DNA of 63,464 nucleotides, counting the filler, from Welwitschia mirabilis (lineage: Eukaryota): assembly GCA_051453625.1 (NCBI GenBank). It is 4 parts of one record of this genome, joined end to end, with 100 filler letters (N's around TTAATTAATTAA, not from the genome) between each part and the next. Parts side by side here need not be neighbours in the genome. Positions count along the whole stretch, not along the records: positions 1 to 28,802 come from JBOZIK010000001.1; 3 more parts are not named here. The stretch is one strand, 5' to 3'. Position 1 is the first letter of the stretch, and every line of letters begins with the position of its first letter. The position numbers and the translations under genes were made by a program. Below are positions 1-14,539 of this stretch, piece by piece. The notes beneath the pieces were generated by a model. It saw only the letters and a program-made list of their open reading frames with translations. It was not told the DNA's origin and did not search any database.

Positions 1-2611
1 CATAAAACATTTATAAGTAGTTACATAATCCTCATGAGTTTGTTATGGGAAGTTGGTTACTTCTTTTATTCTCTTCCTCATAGTACTTTCACTCAAAAAT
101 CTTTTAATGAAAACTTCTTGCACTTAACTCTATGATTTAAGGCTTTTATATGGGATGGTTTTAAACTAAATTTTTGCTCTTCCTCTAAGGATGACTGGAA
201 AAATAATCATGTATGTATGATCATAATGCATTTTTCTCCATTTCCTGATGTAAGCATAAGTTGTTCTATGTAATCTAGATATTGAAAAGGATCTTCTTCT
301 GGTTCCCCTGAAAGGGTTGGATAAGCACTTAAATTCCTTAATTATACATCATCTCTAGGAGATAAACTAAAATGATTTTTAATTTCATATTTCTATTAGC
401 AATTAAACCCCTAAGAGTAATTTTTTCATTCGAAGAAGAAGTTCGTATTATGATTGGAGTATTAAAAGAAGTAAGAAGTAACTTACTTTTGCTTTTGCAA
501 TGCTTTCAAAACATTCGACATTTTTGATGAAACAATGCGATCGCTTTCTACACTATAATTTTTGTTTATAAAATCTGATACTAAAATAATAAAAGTGAAA
601 AAAATATTCTTCTTCAATTCTAGGCATTTGTGTATCTAGGATGTGCGTATCTAGATTAAGTTCGAAGTTAATTAATCCTTCTCTGATATTTTCTTTAATA
701 AGGTTCTGTTCTCTCTGATATTTCATCTTCTTATCAGAATTCACCATATCTTTACATGTTCAAATAACTAACAAAACAAAGAAATCAAAAATAGCAAACC
801 ATCACTACCTGGTCATGGGAATGGCAAGAAGGATGATTATCATAGTAAATGAAAAATCTAAAATTACAGGAATTACAGAAAAATACAGACTCTCGTCCGA
901 GCTGTCATGCGGATGACAGTAAGAATGATAGAAAATTTTATTTTCTAGAAAAGAAAATTCGAAAAATGTGAAATACAGAAGAAAAATGTAGACTATCGTC
1001 CTATCAGGTTATGTGGACAATAGATAAGACGATAGTTATTCTAAAAAAAACACAAAAAAATTGTGGAAAATTAAGTTGCAGAAATAAACCTACTTTAACC
1101 TAAGCTAGAAAACTATAGTACTAATCCAAATAAATAACCTAAAAAGAAGGTTCAAGATACTTAGTTGGTTATTGATAATTCTCTTAGCTCCTTGCGGTCT
1201 TCCCTGATAATGGTGCTATAATGTTGCAGTGTGTATTTATGTAATCTGAAAATCCTTTAAGTAGATCTATAAATCAAGTAATTTATGGAAAACACACTCT
1301 AGTATAGATGGAAGTTCATCCAAATGACATAATTTAATGAAGGAACTAGGCTTAGAGTTAGAGAATTGTTTTGTTAAAGTATTTTTACTCTTTTTTCTTA
1401 TAAAAACTAAAAGGAAATAAACAAGTAAATGCAATGCTAAATGGAAATGAAATACAAGTGAATGGAAATGAAAATGAAAATGGAAATAGAAATAAATCCT
1501 ACTTAGATTCTAGTCTTTCTATCACAAAGATACTTCCTCTATAACTTATATCAATTAAGAAGAGTATTTACTAGTTCTTAACCAACATAAACTATGAAAT
1601 CTATCTAAGTAAGAATATGTAATATGTAATATGAAATTAAATGACATGAAATACAAGGCAAATTTACTGCTACTATTCAAGGTCAACCTTAATAAACGTT
1701 GCCCTTATGATCTAAATAAATCAAAGCTTGTTACTTAACTATAACCAATTTAAATCATAAGAGACATTTACAATATTAAAATAAAGAGGAAATTGTATTA
1801 ATCCAAAGAGAAATTAGAAAAACATCCACTCACAATCAAAACAATAGCATCTCAATGAAAGAAACATAGCCTAATACCAAAGAGACTCCTTTTTGTAGCA
1901 CAAGATGAACCACCCTTCAATCCTCTGTCATAAGTATCGGGTAAAAAATATGGAGTGGAAATGAAGAAGGAGAATGGTATTTATAGCTTTTCATTAAAGG
2001 CAAAACCCTAAAAGTGGGAAATAGAAACCCTAATGATCCACATGAGTTATTTGATCCTATTTACAATGATATTTATTATGGAAGTGTAAAAACAATTGTC
2101 ATCTAAGTTGTTGTTCACACGATAGAGTGGACGACACTGCCTTAATTGCTTGGTAGTATGCTCATGTGATATTTTCAACCCCATGGATTACCTACACACA
2201 TTTTCGATGTAAGTGGATGATGCCCTATCATCATGTACCCCATGTATTGCTGTCGGTGCTACTATTGGCACCGTAAGTTCTATCCATATCAGTAGTGTGG
2301 TTGTCCTCTATGTCATGGGGACGATGGTAGGGATGATGATCTTCCTCTATTCTTTTCTCCAAGGTAAGTTAGTCTTCTGCTTTATAAAGTCCTCCGTCTA
2401 AATCTGTAGTATCAGAACAAATACAAGAACTACTAAAATTCCTAAGGATCACATGTTTTGCTGATTATCCTATCAGATCTTCATATTCATCCATATTGCA
2501 TCAAAACCTATATGAATGTCCTATAAAAGTACTCAAAATACAACATCAAATTCCTACAAATTAGCATCGCAATACTTTAGTTAGTTGTGTTTTAGCATTT
2601 ACGAAATCTAA
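1..2611 (-). mobile_element. Athila-like Ty3-gypsy 5' part (5' LTR 1222-~2611, PBS, leader, degraded gag running off the window start)
   Basis: The LTR ends ...CTGCAACA on the minus strand at 1222 and is followed by a tRNA-Asp-type PBS. Minus-strand gag-like peptides with stops and frameshifts lie at ~100-380 (AYPTLSGEPEEDPFQYLDY...VQEVFIKRF). The LTR end is homologous to 60030-60265. Confidence 0.75.
1201..1218 (-). promoter_or_regulatory. Primer-binding site, Athila/tRNA-Asp type (decayed)
   Basis: Minus strand TAGCACCATTATCAGGGA versus the Athila-type TGGCGCCGTTGTCGGGGA; all 5 differences are G>A; 3 nt from the LTR end. Confidence 0.75.
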
Positions 2612-3289
2612 NNNNNNNNNNTTTTATATACTATGAACTTTGAGGTCTAACTTCGATTAATGCATTTTGCAATTCAATGTTTTCCAATTTAACCTATCTA
2701 CATAATAGACACAATATGTATGATAAGTAAAATAATCAAAACTAAATTTTTATCAATAATCTCCCTCTTTTTGATAATGTCCAAAACTTGGTAAATCTCA
2801 TTAGTGTAATTATTTTTTATCAACTAAATTGAGATAGTTTAATCTAAATGAACATAAAATGTATTACATAATACATAATATAAATTTTAATCATTTTGAA
2901 AATATTGATTAATCATACTCATAAACATGCAAAGTAATAAACAAAAAAAATCACATAAGCATTAAGTAATTGCATTTAAGAAAAAATAACAATAGTTAAT
3001 AATTGATCATGTGATATGTGCCAATAATAATAAATAATAACATTGTACAATGGTAGAAATACCAATAATTAATAACAAAGAATGAAATGTGTACCAATAA
3101 GAGGAAAAATATCAATAGATAAATTGAGATGTATGCCAACAAGGAAAAAGTAATCATCAACAGTTTACTCATAGGGAGCTCAATTCATCTATCTCAAGAT
3201 CATATCCTCTAGGCTCATACAAGATGTTCAAGATGATTTCCCTATCTTCTCCTCCTTTTTGGACAGCATTCAAAAGGACCTAATCATTG

Positions 3290-6110
3290 ATTAAGTTATT
3301 AGTGTATTGTAGTCCTTCTTTTGCATCATTATTGTCCCTGGTGGTGAATATGATGTATGAAGAGGAAGATGTGGATGGAGGTGTGTGACATTTCTAAATG
3401 GATACTGAGATGACTCATTAGGGCCCTGAGAGGTCTATATCCTCATACATGAATATGTCTAAGGGATAATAAAAGTATTAAAGAAACTAGTAGTAGTGGC
3501 TTCAGTAAAAGATGATGGTGGAGCTGTGCTAAGAGGTGGAACATGTATTAGTTCTAGAAAATATGGTGATGGAGATAGAAGACAAGGTGGTGATGGTGGA
3601 TGAGGGAGTAATGAAGGCTATGTAGGATGGTAAATGGGTAATTTACAAAGAGGCCTATGAAATATGAAGGATTGATCATCTTAGCTCTCAGAATCTCATG
3701 GCTTTCACACTTGAACAACTACACCTCACTCCCCTAACCTCGACTACTGATTCATGGACATTTGGCTCTGGTGAATGGACTATAGTTTCTGTGTTCTCTT
3801 ATAATGCATGGGTAATATCAGTGACTCCTATACTATATGTACTTTTTCAATAAATATTGTAGTGAGGTTAAGTAAACTAGTGTAACTATCCTTAGCAAGC
3901 CCTATGCATCTATGGCACATACATTATGAAGGGAACACATGGAACTGTACAAAAATATGTATGTACACATAATTGCGAGGGTTTAGTCTAATCTACTTGC
4001 TTTGACACATAGTTGCTCACTACTCGCATATACTCCCATGAAATTCCCAAATATGTGTAGTGCGTTAGTGATTGATGTGAAGCTTTGAAACGAGGCATAT
4101 ATTAGGGCTTAGGATCCATAGGTTTTATATCATGATACTAGCTTACTGCTTCCCCTGAGTCTATGTGAGAGCCTGGTGATCCCCTTATATCTGTGAAGAA
4201 GCTTGGTACTTCTCTTGTGTTTGTACCTGCTTTGCTATGGAGTTTGAAAAATTCATATTTGCTACATGGCCTAAGACATATCTTGTAGCATGAGGTGTTG
4301 GATATGCCTCTACCTCTAATTCCTCCTTAGAATCAATCCAAGTGGGAGTTCCCTTGGANNNNNNNNNNNNNNNNNNNNNNNNNNNNNNNNNNNNNNNNNN
4401 NNNNNNNNNNNNNNNNNNNNNNNNNNNNNNNNNNNNNNNNNNNNNNNNNNNNNNNNNNTAATCATTGATTAAGTTATTAGTGTATTGTATTCCTTCTTTT
4501 GCATCATTATTGTCCCTGGTGATGAATATGATGTATGAAGAGGAAGATATGGAGGGAGGTGTGTGCCATTTCTTAGATGGACACTGAAATATCTCACTAG
4601 AGCCCTGAGAGATATGTCTCCTTATAAATAAGTAGTTTGAGTATTAATCAAAGTAACAAAAGAATTAGTAGTGGTAGTATCAATAAAAGATAGCAGTGAA
4701 GATATGCTAAGAGGTGATACATGGATTAATTTAGTGAAAGATGGTGGTGAAAATGGAATGCAAGGTGGTGATCATGGATGAGGAGATGATGAAGATCATA
4801 TATAATGGTGAACAAGTAATTTTCAATAAGGCCTATTAAAAATGAAGGGTTGAATATCAGAGCTTTATGAGTCTCCCTTCTACTCCCCTTATGATGGTGA
4901 TGGAGCCTAGTACTTCCTTTGTACCTATGTCCATGTAGGAGTTTAGTGCTTTTGTTATATCTATTCCTTCTCTCCTATAGACTCTGATGAATTAGTATCT
5001 GATACATGACCTAAATCATAATCTATAACATGTAGCACTAGAGGTACCTATACCTTAATTTCCTCCTTAGAATCAATCTAAGTAGGAGTCCTCATGGATT
5101 CCAAACTACTTATAAGAGCCTCTCCTTCACTAGTTATAGAATGATGCTTTTTGAGCCTTAATAAATTACATTTAATTTTACCTATAATCTTTGCAATAGC
5201 CTTTAAACCCTCATTTACAAATGTTAAACTCTGAGATATTATATAGTAAGATAATTGAAACTGTTATTTGAATAATCTCTTACTTGTACCTTCACCTGCT
5301 AGCATTGATACTCTTCANNNNNNNNNNNNNNNNNNNNNNNNNNNNNNNNNNNNNNNNNNNNNNNNNNNNNNNNNNNNNNNNNNNNNNNNNNNNNNNNNNN
5401 NNNNNNNNNNNNNNNNNATTATATAGTAAGATAATTGAAACTATTATTTGAATAATCTCTTACTTGTACCTTCACCTACTAGTATTGATACTCTTCATTT
5501 CTTACTAAACTCTACATTCGACTTCTGGAAAAGTGTAATAATATCCATATATAAAATGAAACATAAATCAATCTTCAACCCTGTAAGAAGACAATAAGCA
5601 ACAAACATCTACAGGGGATTACAATACCTATAGCTGTCAACCTGAATAAGTATGTTGTAGAATGTAATTAAACTTAAAATAGATGCATTTGGTACTAATC
5701 CTTCTATTCTATATTCTCATAAAAATTTAGTCTATAATGCCCAAAAAACACATTTCTTATCAAACATCATAAAACACNNNNNNNNNNNNNNNNNNNNNNN
5801 NNNNNNNNNNNNNNNNNNNNNNNNNNNNNNNNNNNNNNNNNNNNNNNNNNNNNNNNNNNNNNNNNNNNNNNNNNNNNTATAATGCCCAAAAAACACATTT
5901 CTTATCAAACATCATAAAACACTAACAAAGTAGTAAGTGAATATATCTTTAAAAAAATGCACATATAACTGTGATAGCTTTTAACCATGAATGCTAAGCA
6001 TGGAATTTATAAAACCAGGTGTAAGAAATAAAGAATTACCTTGTACTTGCATTTAGAAAGTCCTAGTGTAATTATCTATCTCATGCATCTTTTTATAAAA
6101 TTCTCTAACA
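3290..6110 (-). pseudogene. Degraded extra ('env-like') ORF of SIRE copy 1, with Pro/Ser-rich C-terminal part
   Basis: Lies between RNaseH and the PPT and is homologous to the plus-strand 55200-56750 region of copy 3; many stops and gaps; boundaries approximate. Confidence 0.6.
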
Positions 6111-7082
6111 ATAGGTTNNNNNNNNNNNNNNNNNNNNNNNNNNNNNNNNNNNNNNNNNNNNNNNNNNNNNNNNNNNNNNNNNNNNNNNNNNNNNNNNNNN
6201 NNNNNNNNNNNNNNNNNNNNNNNNNNNNNNNNNNNNNNNNNNNNNNNNNNNNNNNNNNNNNNNNNNNNNNNNNNNNNNNNNNNNNNNNNNNNNNNNNNNN
6301 NNNNNNNNNNNNNNNNNNNNNNNNNNNNNNNNNNNNNNNNNNNNNNNNNNNNNNNNNNNNNNNNNNNNNNNNNNNNNNNNNNNNNNNNNNNNNNNNNNNN
6401 NNNNNNNNNNNNNNNNNNNNNNNNNNNNTCTATAAGAGAAAAGAAAACCTATTATTCTTGCTATTAAAATGTATTCTAAATCCAAGATGTCTTTGCTAAG
6501 AGGTTTAAGAAAAATAGGTTCGAAAAGAGTTTTTAAGAGGGACACCTATTGAATGGAGGATTAAAAATGATATATGGTAACTTCTTTTCTAAGTAAAAAG
6601 GGTCAAACCCCCATTTTTACATGTTTAATATTTTCATGATAGTTCTCAAAAGATGTCTACTAGCTGAAAGACATCTAAAATGATAATATTACATTGATCA
6701 AAACTATCTGCTGTTTAAAATTTTAAGAGTCATCTACATACTATAAAGATGTCTACTTGTTTAAAGACATCTATTTCAAAAAGTAATGAAAAACATACTT
6801 GCCCTTCAAAGATGTTCAGTAAATAAAGATGTTTACTTGATAGACATTATAAAACTGGAGACGTCTTCATGGTAGATGTCTTTCATTGAAAGCCATATTT
6901 CTTGAAATATTAAAAAAATTCAAAATTTTATATGACTAATATCATAATAAAAATAAGGTAGCAAAAATATAAATTAACACATATATGTAATTTACTAATT
7001 TAATTTTAACTATAATCTCAATTCATAAAATATCATAATGGGAAGTTCAGATTTTGAGAATGATTATCTAATGACTTACTTG

Positions 7083-8488
7083 AGCAAGTAGTAAGGTATT
7101 TTAAGTAGTTTTGTAAGACATTAGATAATTTTATACTGAGTTTTGACAATAATGAATAGTTAAGACAAATATCTTGAAAACATGTAATCTTCATTACATT
7201 TGATAACATTTTAAGTAAGTTGTAATACTTCCTTCTAAAGTAGAAATCCTATAATCAAAGAGTTTAATTTAACACAAGAAATAACTTTAAGAAGTCCATC
7301 ACCCACCACATTACCTATACAATAATACAAATGATAGAAGTAACTATGCTAACTAGGATACTTATTAGACTAAACTAGTAACTGTTGTGAATCTTGTATG
7401 ATGTGGCATCATCTTCTATGACATCTGGACAATTAGTAGGATGAGAACTAAATATAACTACTTACCAAACTCCACCAAACTTTCACCATGTGTCATGTTC
7501 CTTTTTTTGTATCTATTAGGGTTTTTTTACTTTTGTTAGGGTTTGCTATTTTTAGAGTCTTATTTGTAATAAATACCTTCACCACCTCAATTCTAGCTTT
7601 ATCTTTAGTAGCACTAAAAATTCTTATGATAAGATATCAAACATCATGAGATTCATCTATTATTATTGCATAGAGATGTCTTTCTTGATGTTGAGCTATG
7701 TATCTTCGATTGAGGTGCTGCTGCTTTATAACATGGATGTTGGTTCAACTTAATATCTTTTGTTATATGCATCTCCATTATGGTTTATGTTATTTATGAT
7801 GTTGTAATAGCATCATTTGTAATATTGATCATGAGAACAACCTTTATTAGGGTTAACACTGGTAGCTGTGTTGCATTGCATTTTATTTCATAGATTAACT
7901 TTGCATGTTTTCATATCATATTTGATATGCCTGATAACTAAGGCTAGTTAGGATTTAGAAATAATGCTCCTTGATTAATCTAGATTATATACGGTCAATC
8001 TCTGTGACAAGTTGATGTGGGAATCAAATAGATATTGCATTTAGATTAGTCTTGCATTTCATTTGTATAGTGTGTTTTCTTGCATTGTTTCTTACATTGT
8101 TATTTATTTTATTTACTTAAAAGAAAATACAAAAATATTTTTTTTAAATTCAATTATCTTTCTTTNNNNNNNNNNNNNNNNNNNNNNNNNNNNNNNNNNN
8201 NNNNNNNNNNNNNNNNNNNNNNNNNNNNNNNNNNNNNNNNNNNNNNNNNNNNNNNNNNNNNNNNNGCATTGTTTCTTACGTTGTTATTTATTTTGTTTAC
8301 TTAAAAGAAAATACAAAAATATTTTGTTTAAAGTCAATTATCTTTCTTTTTACCTATGCCTTCAATGGATTATGACATTTAGATCCCCTCCATCTATATT
8401 AGTGTTTTGTATTTTGTAATATATATATTTTTGTAATTAACAGGATCTAATAAGAACATGAAAGATTATACAAATACATACTACAACC
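7083..8488 (+). mobile_element. LTR of a second family (5'-truncated, solo-type) inserted just after the RNaseH of SIRE copy 1
   Basis: Collinear homology to the solo LTR at 16613-17858; ends ...aatacatactacaac. The flanks rejoin as the sequence seen uninterrupted at ~54405-54450. No clear TSD. Confidence 0.75.
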
Positions 8489-8489
8489 A

Positions 8490-11400
8490 TTGGATCAGGA
8501 CTAATCCTTAAGTTTCCATGTAACTTAATAAACCTATTACCACATACTGGTTTAGTGAAAACATTAGTAATTCGATAATCGATACTAATGTATTATAGCA
8601 TGATATCCTTGTTTTGTATATGTTCTTTAAGAAAATGATGTTTCATCTCCATATATTGGTCCTTGAGTGTTGTATTGGATTCTTTAAGATCTTGATAGCA
8701 CCTTTTTTATCACAAAATAATGTTCTCCAAGGATAGTCTGAAATCTTTTAAAGTTTCATTCATCTAAAGTATTTGAACATAACAACTCCTAGCAACAATG
8801 TATTTAGCTTTAGCAGTTGAGAGAGCACTTGAGCTTTTCTTTTTGCTACTCCAAGATACCAGATATTACCCAAGTAAGAATGAGGTTCCACTTATTCTTC
8901 TTTTATCATCTTTGCTTTTTTTCCAATCTACATCATAATACCTAACTAGATCGAGGCAAGAGTCCTCTCAATACCAAAGGTCCTAATTAATATTATATTT
9001 TAGATAATACAAATGTTTTTTACTACTTTAAGATGTGATTATTTGGGATCACTCTGATAATAAGTACAAATCCTTATGCTTAAAATGATATTAGGTCTAT
9101 TAGTAGTAAGATAATAATAAACTACCAATCATGCCTATATATAGATTCTAATTAACTTTCTTACCATACTTATCTTTATCTAGTTTTGTGCTTTAGTTTA
9201 TTAGATACCTTTCCCCTTACAATCCTGTAAGTCCTACTTGACCAGTAAATNNNNNNNNNNNNNNNNNNNNNNNNNNNNNNNNNNNNNNNNNNNNNNNNNN
9301 NNNNNNNNNNNNNNNNNNNNNNNNNNNNNNNNNNNNNNNNNNNNNNNNNNACCATACTTATCTTTATCTAGTTTTGTGCTTTAGTTTATTATATACCTTT
9401 CCCCTTACAATCCTGTAAGTCCTACTTGACCAGTAAATTTTTAATGTATTTAGTTTGAGAAATAAATGTACCTTATTTATGTTGCATAACTTGAATCCCT
9501 AAGAAGTTACTCATCTCTTTCATCAGACTTATTTGAAACTCATCTTGCATAATGGTAACAAAATTTGTACATAATAATTTATTAGTAACTTCAAAAATAA
9601 TATAATCTACATATATTTGTATAATAGTAAAATTCTTACCATTCTTTTTAATAAATAATGTAACATTAGATGTACTTCTTTAAAATCTATTTGCTATTAG
9701 ATGACTTGATAATTTCTTGTATCAAGTTGTAGGTGCTTGCTTGAGACCATAAAGAGCCTTTTTTAGTTTGTAAACATAGTATAATTTATGATAATTCATA
9801 AATCCTTCAAGTTGTTTAACATATAATTCCTCTTAAAGCACTCTATTTAGAAAGGTACTTCTAATATCCATTTGTAGAGTTTGAATTCTTTAACATATGC
9901 AAAGGTTAAAAGCATCCTTATGGACTACATACCCATTATTGGTGTAAAGGATTTTTTAAAGTCAATGACTTTTTTCTAGTTATATCTTTTAGCTAATAAC
10001 CTTGTTTTATTTTTAATAATATTTCTATTTTTATCTTTTTTCCTAAAACCCCATTTTGTAATAGTAACAAGTTTATTAGATGGTCTTGAAGTAAGTTTTC
10101 AAACATCACAACTTTCAAACTAATTAAGATCCTCTTGCATTGCTAGCATTTAATGTTTATTAATTTTTGCTTTATTGAAATTTTGGGTTCTTCTTGTGAG
10201 ATATATGCTACAATACATAGAATTCATAGTATTTCTTTGAGTTTAAATAACACCATATGAACTACCTATTATGATGCTTGTAGAGTGACTTCTCTTTAGT
10301 CTAATCATGTTTGAAGAATTTTCCTTATCTATTTCTTATTGTTTCTTCTTCTCATTGTTTAATTAAACCTGAAAATGGCTAGATAATTGATCAATATATG
10401 TAGGAGTATAGTCATCTTATACAGAGATAGAAGTTGAGATAGTATCNNNNNNNNNNNNNNNNNNNNNNNNNNNNNNNNNNNNNNNNNNNNNNNNNNNNNN
10501 NNNNNNNNNNNNNNNNNNNNNNNNNNNNNNNNNNNNNNNNNNNNNNNNNNNNNNNNNNNNNNNNNNNNNNNNNNNNTTATTTAAGATAAAACATTTTGAT
10601 CCTCATATATGAAAATAACTTAGAAATGATTTTTTACTAGACCATATTTGTATGAAGTTTTGGAAGTGAAACATCTTACCAAAACTCGATTGAAAATGTA
10701 ACATGTAATGCTGATAGCTTTTACTTGTCATTTAATTTAGAACTTTGTTCTTCTTTTGACAACTCCATTTTATTATGGAGTTCTTAGTGCAAAGAATTAG
10801 TGAAGAATTCAAATTATTCACAAAAGTATCTAAACTTTGCATTTTTGAATTTAGTACCATTATCACTTCTTATTGTCTTAATCTAAAACCCCCTTTTGGT
10901 TTTGTAACCTAACAAATAGCTTCAAGAAAATATTAAATGCCTCATTCTTATGTGCAAAGAAAGCTACTCATATAAAATGAAAGTAATCATCAATAATAGT
11001 TAAATAATATATTTTTTTTACGAGGACGTTTTGTAGGAGATGCACGAACAATATCAAGATGCAAAATATCTAAAGAATATTTAGTTGCAATAGTGTTTTT
11101 CTTAACAAATCTTACCCTTGTTTTATTTTATTTTTGGCACACCTTATAAACTTAATTATCATGACCTTGCAACTTTAGAAGCCATCTTATCATTTCATTT
11201 GTAAATAATACTTTTATAAACCTTTGATTATGTGTCTAAGCTTCTTGTGCCATAGCTACATTTCACTTATAGTACATAATAGATACATGGTTTCCTTATT
11301 AGTAATGCCTTATAAAGTAGTGATATAGACATTAGATTTTCTAATTCTGGTAGATAAGACTTTCATTGAGTTATGTTCTTTAATAATACAATCATCCCTA

Positions 11401-13111
11401 GTAAAAGTAATCGAAAAGTTTGCATCACATAAGTAATTAATACTTAGAAGATTATGTTGCAATCCTTCTACAAAGAAAACATCTTTTACCTTAGGTAGGT
11501 TACCTTCTTCAATGGTTCTAATACCTTTGATAGGTGCATTTATGTTATGTCTAAAGGTAATCACTCCTTTTCCTTATTCTACCAAAGTGGTAAAGCTAGA
11601 TTCATCTCTAGTCATATGCCTTAAACAATCATTATCAATACACTAGACATGTTTCTTTACTATGTGTAATGTAATCTAAGATATCAATATTGGTCTACAC
11701 TTTGGAATACATATTTTCTTTGATTTATCCTACACAAAATATTGTCTCATACTTCTTGGCCTTTTGGCATTATTAATGCAACATCTGGTTTTGAATTTTA
11801 TTAGAAAATTAATCTAATAATAACCTCATTTGTAATAGTGATAACATATACTATTATTTGCATATACTAAATGCTTATACCTTGATTTGTAGTTTTATTT
11901 GTTGAAGAAGAAATTTAAAGGAAGTAGAGGCTTTATCATGGCCTAAACCACTTTTATCATTTGGGTTCTGAATTGTCCAAGCATGATGTTTATGACCTCC
12001 TTTCCATGGGTAATCTACTCATTAATTCTACTTTAGTTTTTTCTAATTTAATTTTATTATTGTCATTATCCCATCTATGAAGAAGGATTTTATTTTCTTG
12101 GGCTCTTTTTTTTTGTGCTTTTTTCTATAATCTATTAGGGCATTCCAAGGCTATGTGTTCTCATCCTTCACAAACCCAATGTTCTAATTTGGAAGTATCA
12201 AACTTGGATGAAAATAAAGAACTACTAGAAGTATTACCTTTGGAATTACCTCTAGCTTGAAATTTAGATGATTTTTGATTAGTCTTCCTTTTTGTTATTC
12301 TTTTATAAAAAAAGTCTTTTAACTAGCCTTGTGATGATATTAAGTTCTTCATCTACATCACTTTCAGAGTCACCTCTATTTGATCCTTTCTCTCTTTTTT
12401 TTTTTTAAACCTGCATTGTATTTTCATTGGTTTTAAGAGAAATATACTTCTCTTTTAAAGAACAAGCTTAATTAATATTAATCTAGTAATTTGTTAGAGC
12501 ACTTTATAATTTATTAATCTTCATTAAGTTAAAGTCTCTTAATTTTTTCAAGGCTATTGTCTTAGGCCTTTATTCTAAAGTTAAGGATCTAATAACTTTT
12601 TGGATTACCTTATCCTTAGGAATATTTTTACCAATGTCATCTATAAAATTCACTATGTTGAAAACTCTTGTGAGGTATTTATGTATTCTTTTATCATTCT
12701 ATATCTTAATATTTTCAAACTAATTTGTCTAGACAAGAAGTTTTAATTGATTAATGATGGAGGTTCCTTCATATATCCTCACTAAAACACTTCATATCTC
12801 TTATGCAATTTTGCATCTAACTATTCTTTTAAATTTCTTCATTATAAGGGCTGAGAAGAGAGAATTCTTTACCTTTCAGTAATACATGAAGGCTTCCTAT
12901 TCTTTTTCTTCCTAGTCCCTTCTAGGTTTGATTTTTGAGGTGGAATTTCCTACAGCATTTACTATGGTTTCTGTAGGTTTTTAGTATTTATCTTCCATGC
13001 TTTATAAAACCTAAAACTCATAAGATAATAGGTATATATACATCCTTATATTACAATAGGAATAGTTAGTTCCATTGAAGAGTTGAGGTCTCACAGATGA
13101 CACCCCTTTCA
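8490..13111 (-). pseudogene. Degraded copia gag-pol (gag, protease, integrase, RT, RNaseH) of SIRE copy 1
   Basis: ORF 11310-11564 (ITFRHN..GI.TI...VFFVEGLQHNLLSI..LCD) is the post-protease copia segment; RNaseH-like KNPIQHSRT..EMKHHFLKEH at ~8620-8685; copia domain order INT then RT. Confidence 0.85.
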
Positions 13112-13164
13112 TAGTTCACTCAAGAATGTTACTTTTCTTCATGAGTACCCACTTTGATATTACT

Positions 13165-14531
13165 TGAGGATCGTTGGACTTAGAGGAAAGGGGTGAATGA
13201 GGTTTATCAAAAATAAATTCAATTAAAAATAAATTAAAAACTATACAATAAACATCTTACTAGATTAACATGATTTCCCAACTTGGATATGTCCATACAT
13301 AGAAGGTAGCTTCCTCTCACACGTCTAGATATTCCTAACCTATAAAAATAGTGGTTTTGAAGTATCATCAACCATACATACAATATGAGATGCTTCTATC
13401 AAGGTAAAAACCTTATCCCATTAGGGATATTCAATAAAATAATAACAAAAATATGCTTAAGTACTTATAAAAGCACAATCATATATACTATGAAAACCCT
13501 AGCAAGGGATCCTATGATAAAGAATAAGGAATGGACTATAATGAGAGTATTCAAAAATCTGATAGTCCTACAATTTAATTCCCATAAAAAATGATAACAA
13601 ATGAAATAACAAGCCTAAAATTATCTCTTTAATGAAGTGATTAAGTTATTCCTTGTTATTGTTACTCAAGAGTATCAAAGATCAGATTGGCGTAGCATTG
13701 TAAGAGCTAATGATTAAATGAATTATTCATAGATAGCCTATTGCAAAAGATATCTTGAAAGCTTTATGTATAGTACTAACCACTCGTGCCTTGTGTGTTG
13801 CACATATATAATACCTATCTCTTTCTTCTCTCTTTGTGCCTTTATTTCTTTTTTATGTTATTCTAACTATTGTCTTAGAGATATAGCTGTTTGAAACATG
13901 TAAATGTCATGCAATAGATAGAAATGACTGAGTGTTGGGTGCATAATGACTATTTTATTTTTTAGCAAACTTTTGGAATAGATGTCTTCAAGATGATAGA
14001 AGTCTCTTGTTAGGTTGACATCTTCAACATAAAAGGCATCTCTGGTCAAACTACTTAGGTTTTGATGAAATGTAAACTGTAGTTCTTCTAATCCTTAGTG
14101 TTCATTAATTCGAAATGTAAAACTTGATTAATTTCCTAAGATGTAGATAATTCATCAAAATGTAATTTATCTCTATTACCTCTTCCATTTGAGTATAGAA
14201 ATCTTCAAATATGTAGATGTCTTCTAATAGTTAAAGTAGTATAGACATATTTAACATGATAGACTTCTTTGATGTAGTAGACATCTTTCCCATATATGTC
14301 TTTAAATGTGCAGACATCTTTTCCATAGACGTATTCAAGTGTGCAGATGCCTTAAGTCAGTTGTGATTTGGCATTTATGAAATATGAGCTAAACTTTCTT
14401 TACATTACAAAGTTTGAGGTCTAATTTGAATTAATGCTTTTTGTAATTTAGTGTTCTCTAATTTGACCTATCTACATAATAGGCATAATACATTTGACAA
14501 GTGAAATCATTAAAACTAGATTTTTACCAAT
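13165..14531 (-). repeat. 5' LTR of SIRE copy 1
   Basis: Ends ...GATCCTCA next to the PBS, like the copy 3 LTR end at 58972; contains clustered AGACATCT/AGATGTCT motifs; outer end is approximate. Confidence 0.8.
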
Positions 14532-14539
14532 AATAAGCA

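Larger units (their letters stand above)
2622..14531 (-). mobile_element. SIRE/Sirevirus-type Ty1-copia element copy 1 (degraded, near full length, 3' LTR truncated at gap/Athila)
   Basis: 5' LTR ~13165-14531; decayed Met-PBS at 13151-13162; gag start MKGVSSVRPQLFNGTNYSY at ~13111; protease CIDNDCLRHMT at ~11620; integrase, RT and RNaseH relics to ~8500; extra-ORF region; PPT CAAAAAGAGGGAGAT at 2759-2773; 3' LTR start 2622-2758 matches 14395-14531. Confidence 0.85.
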
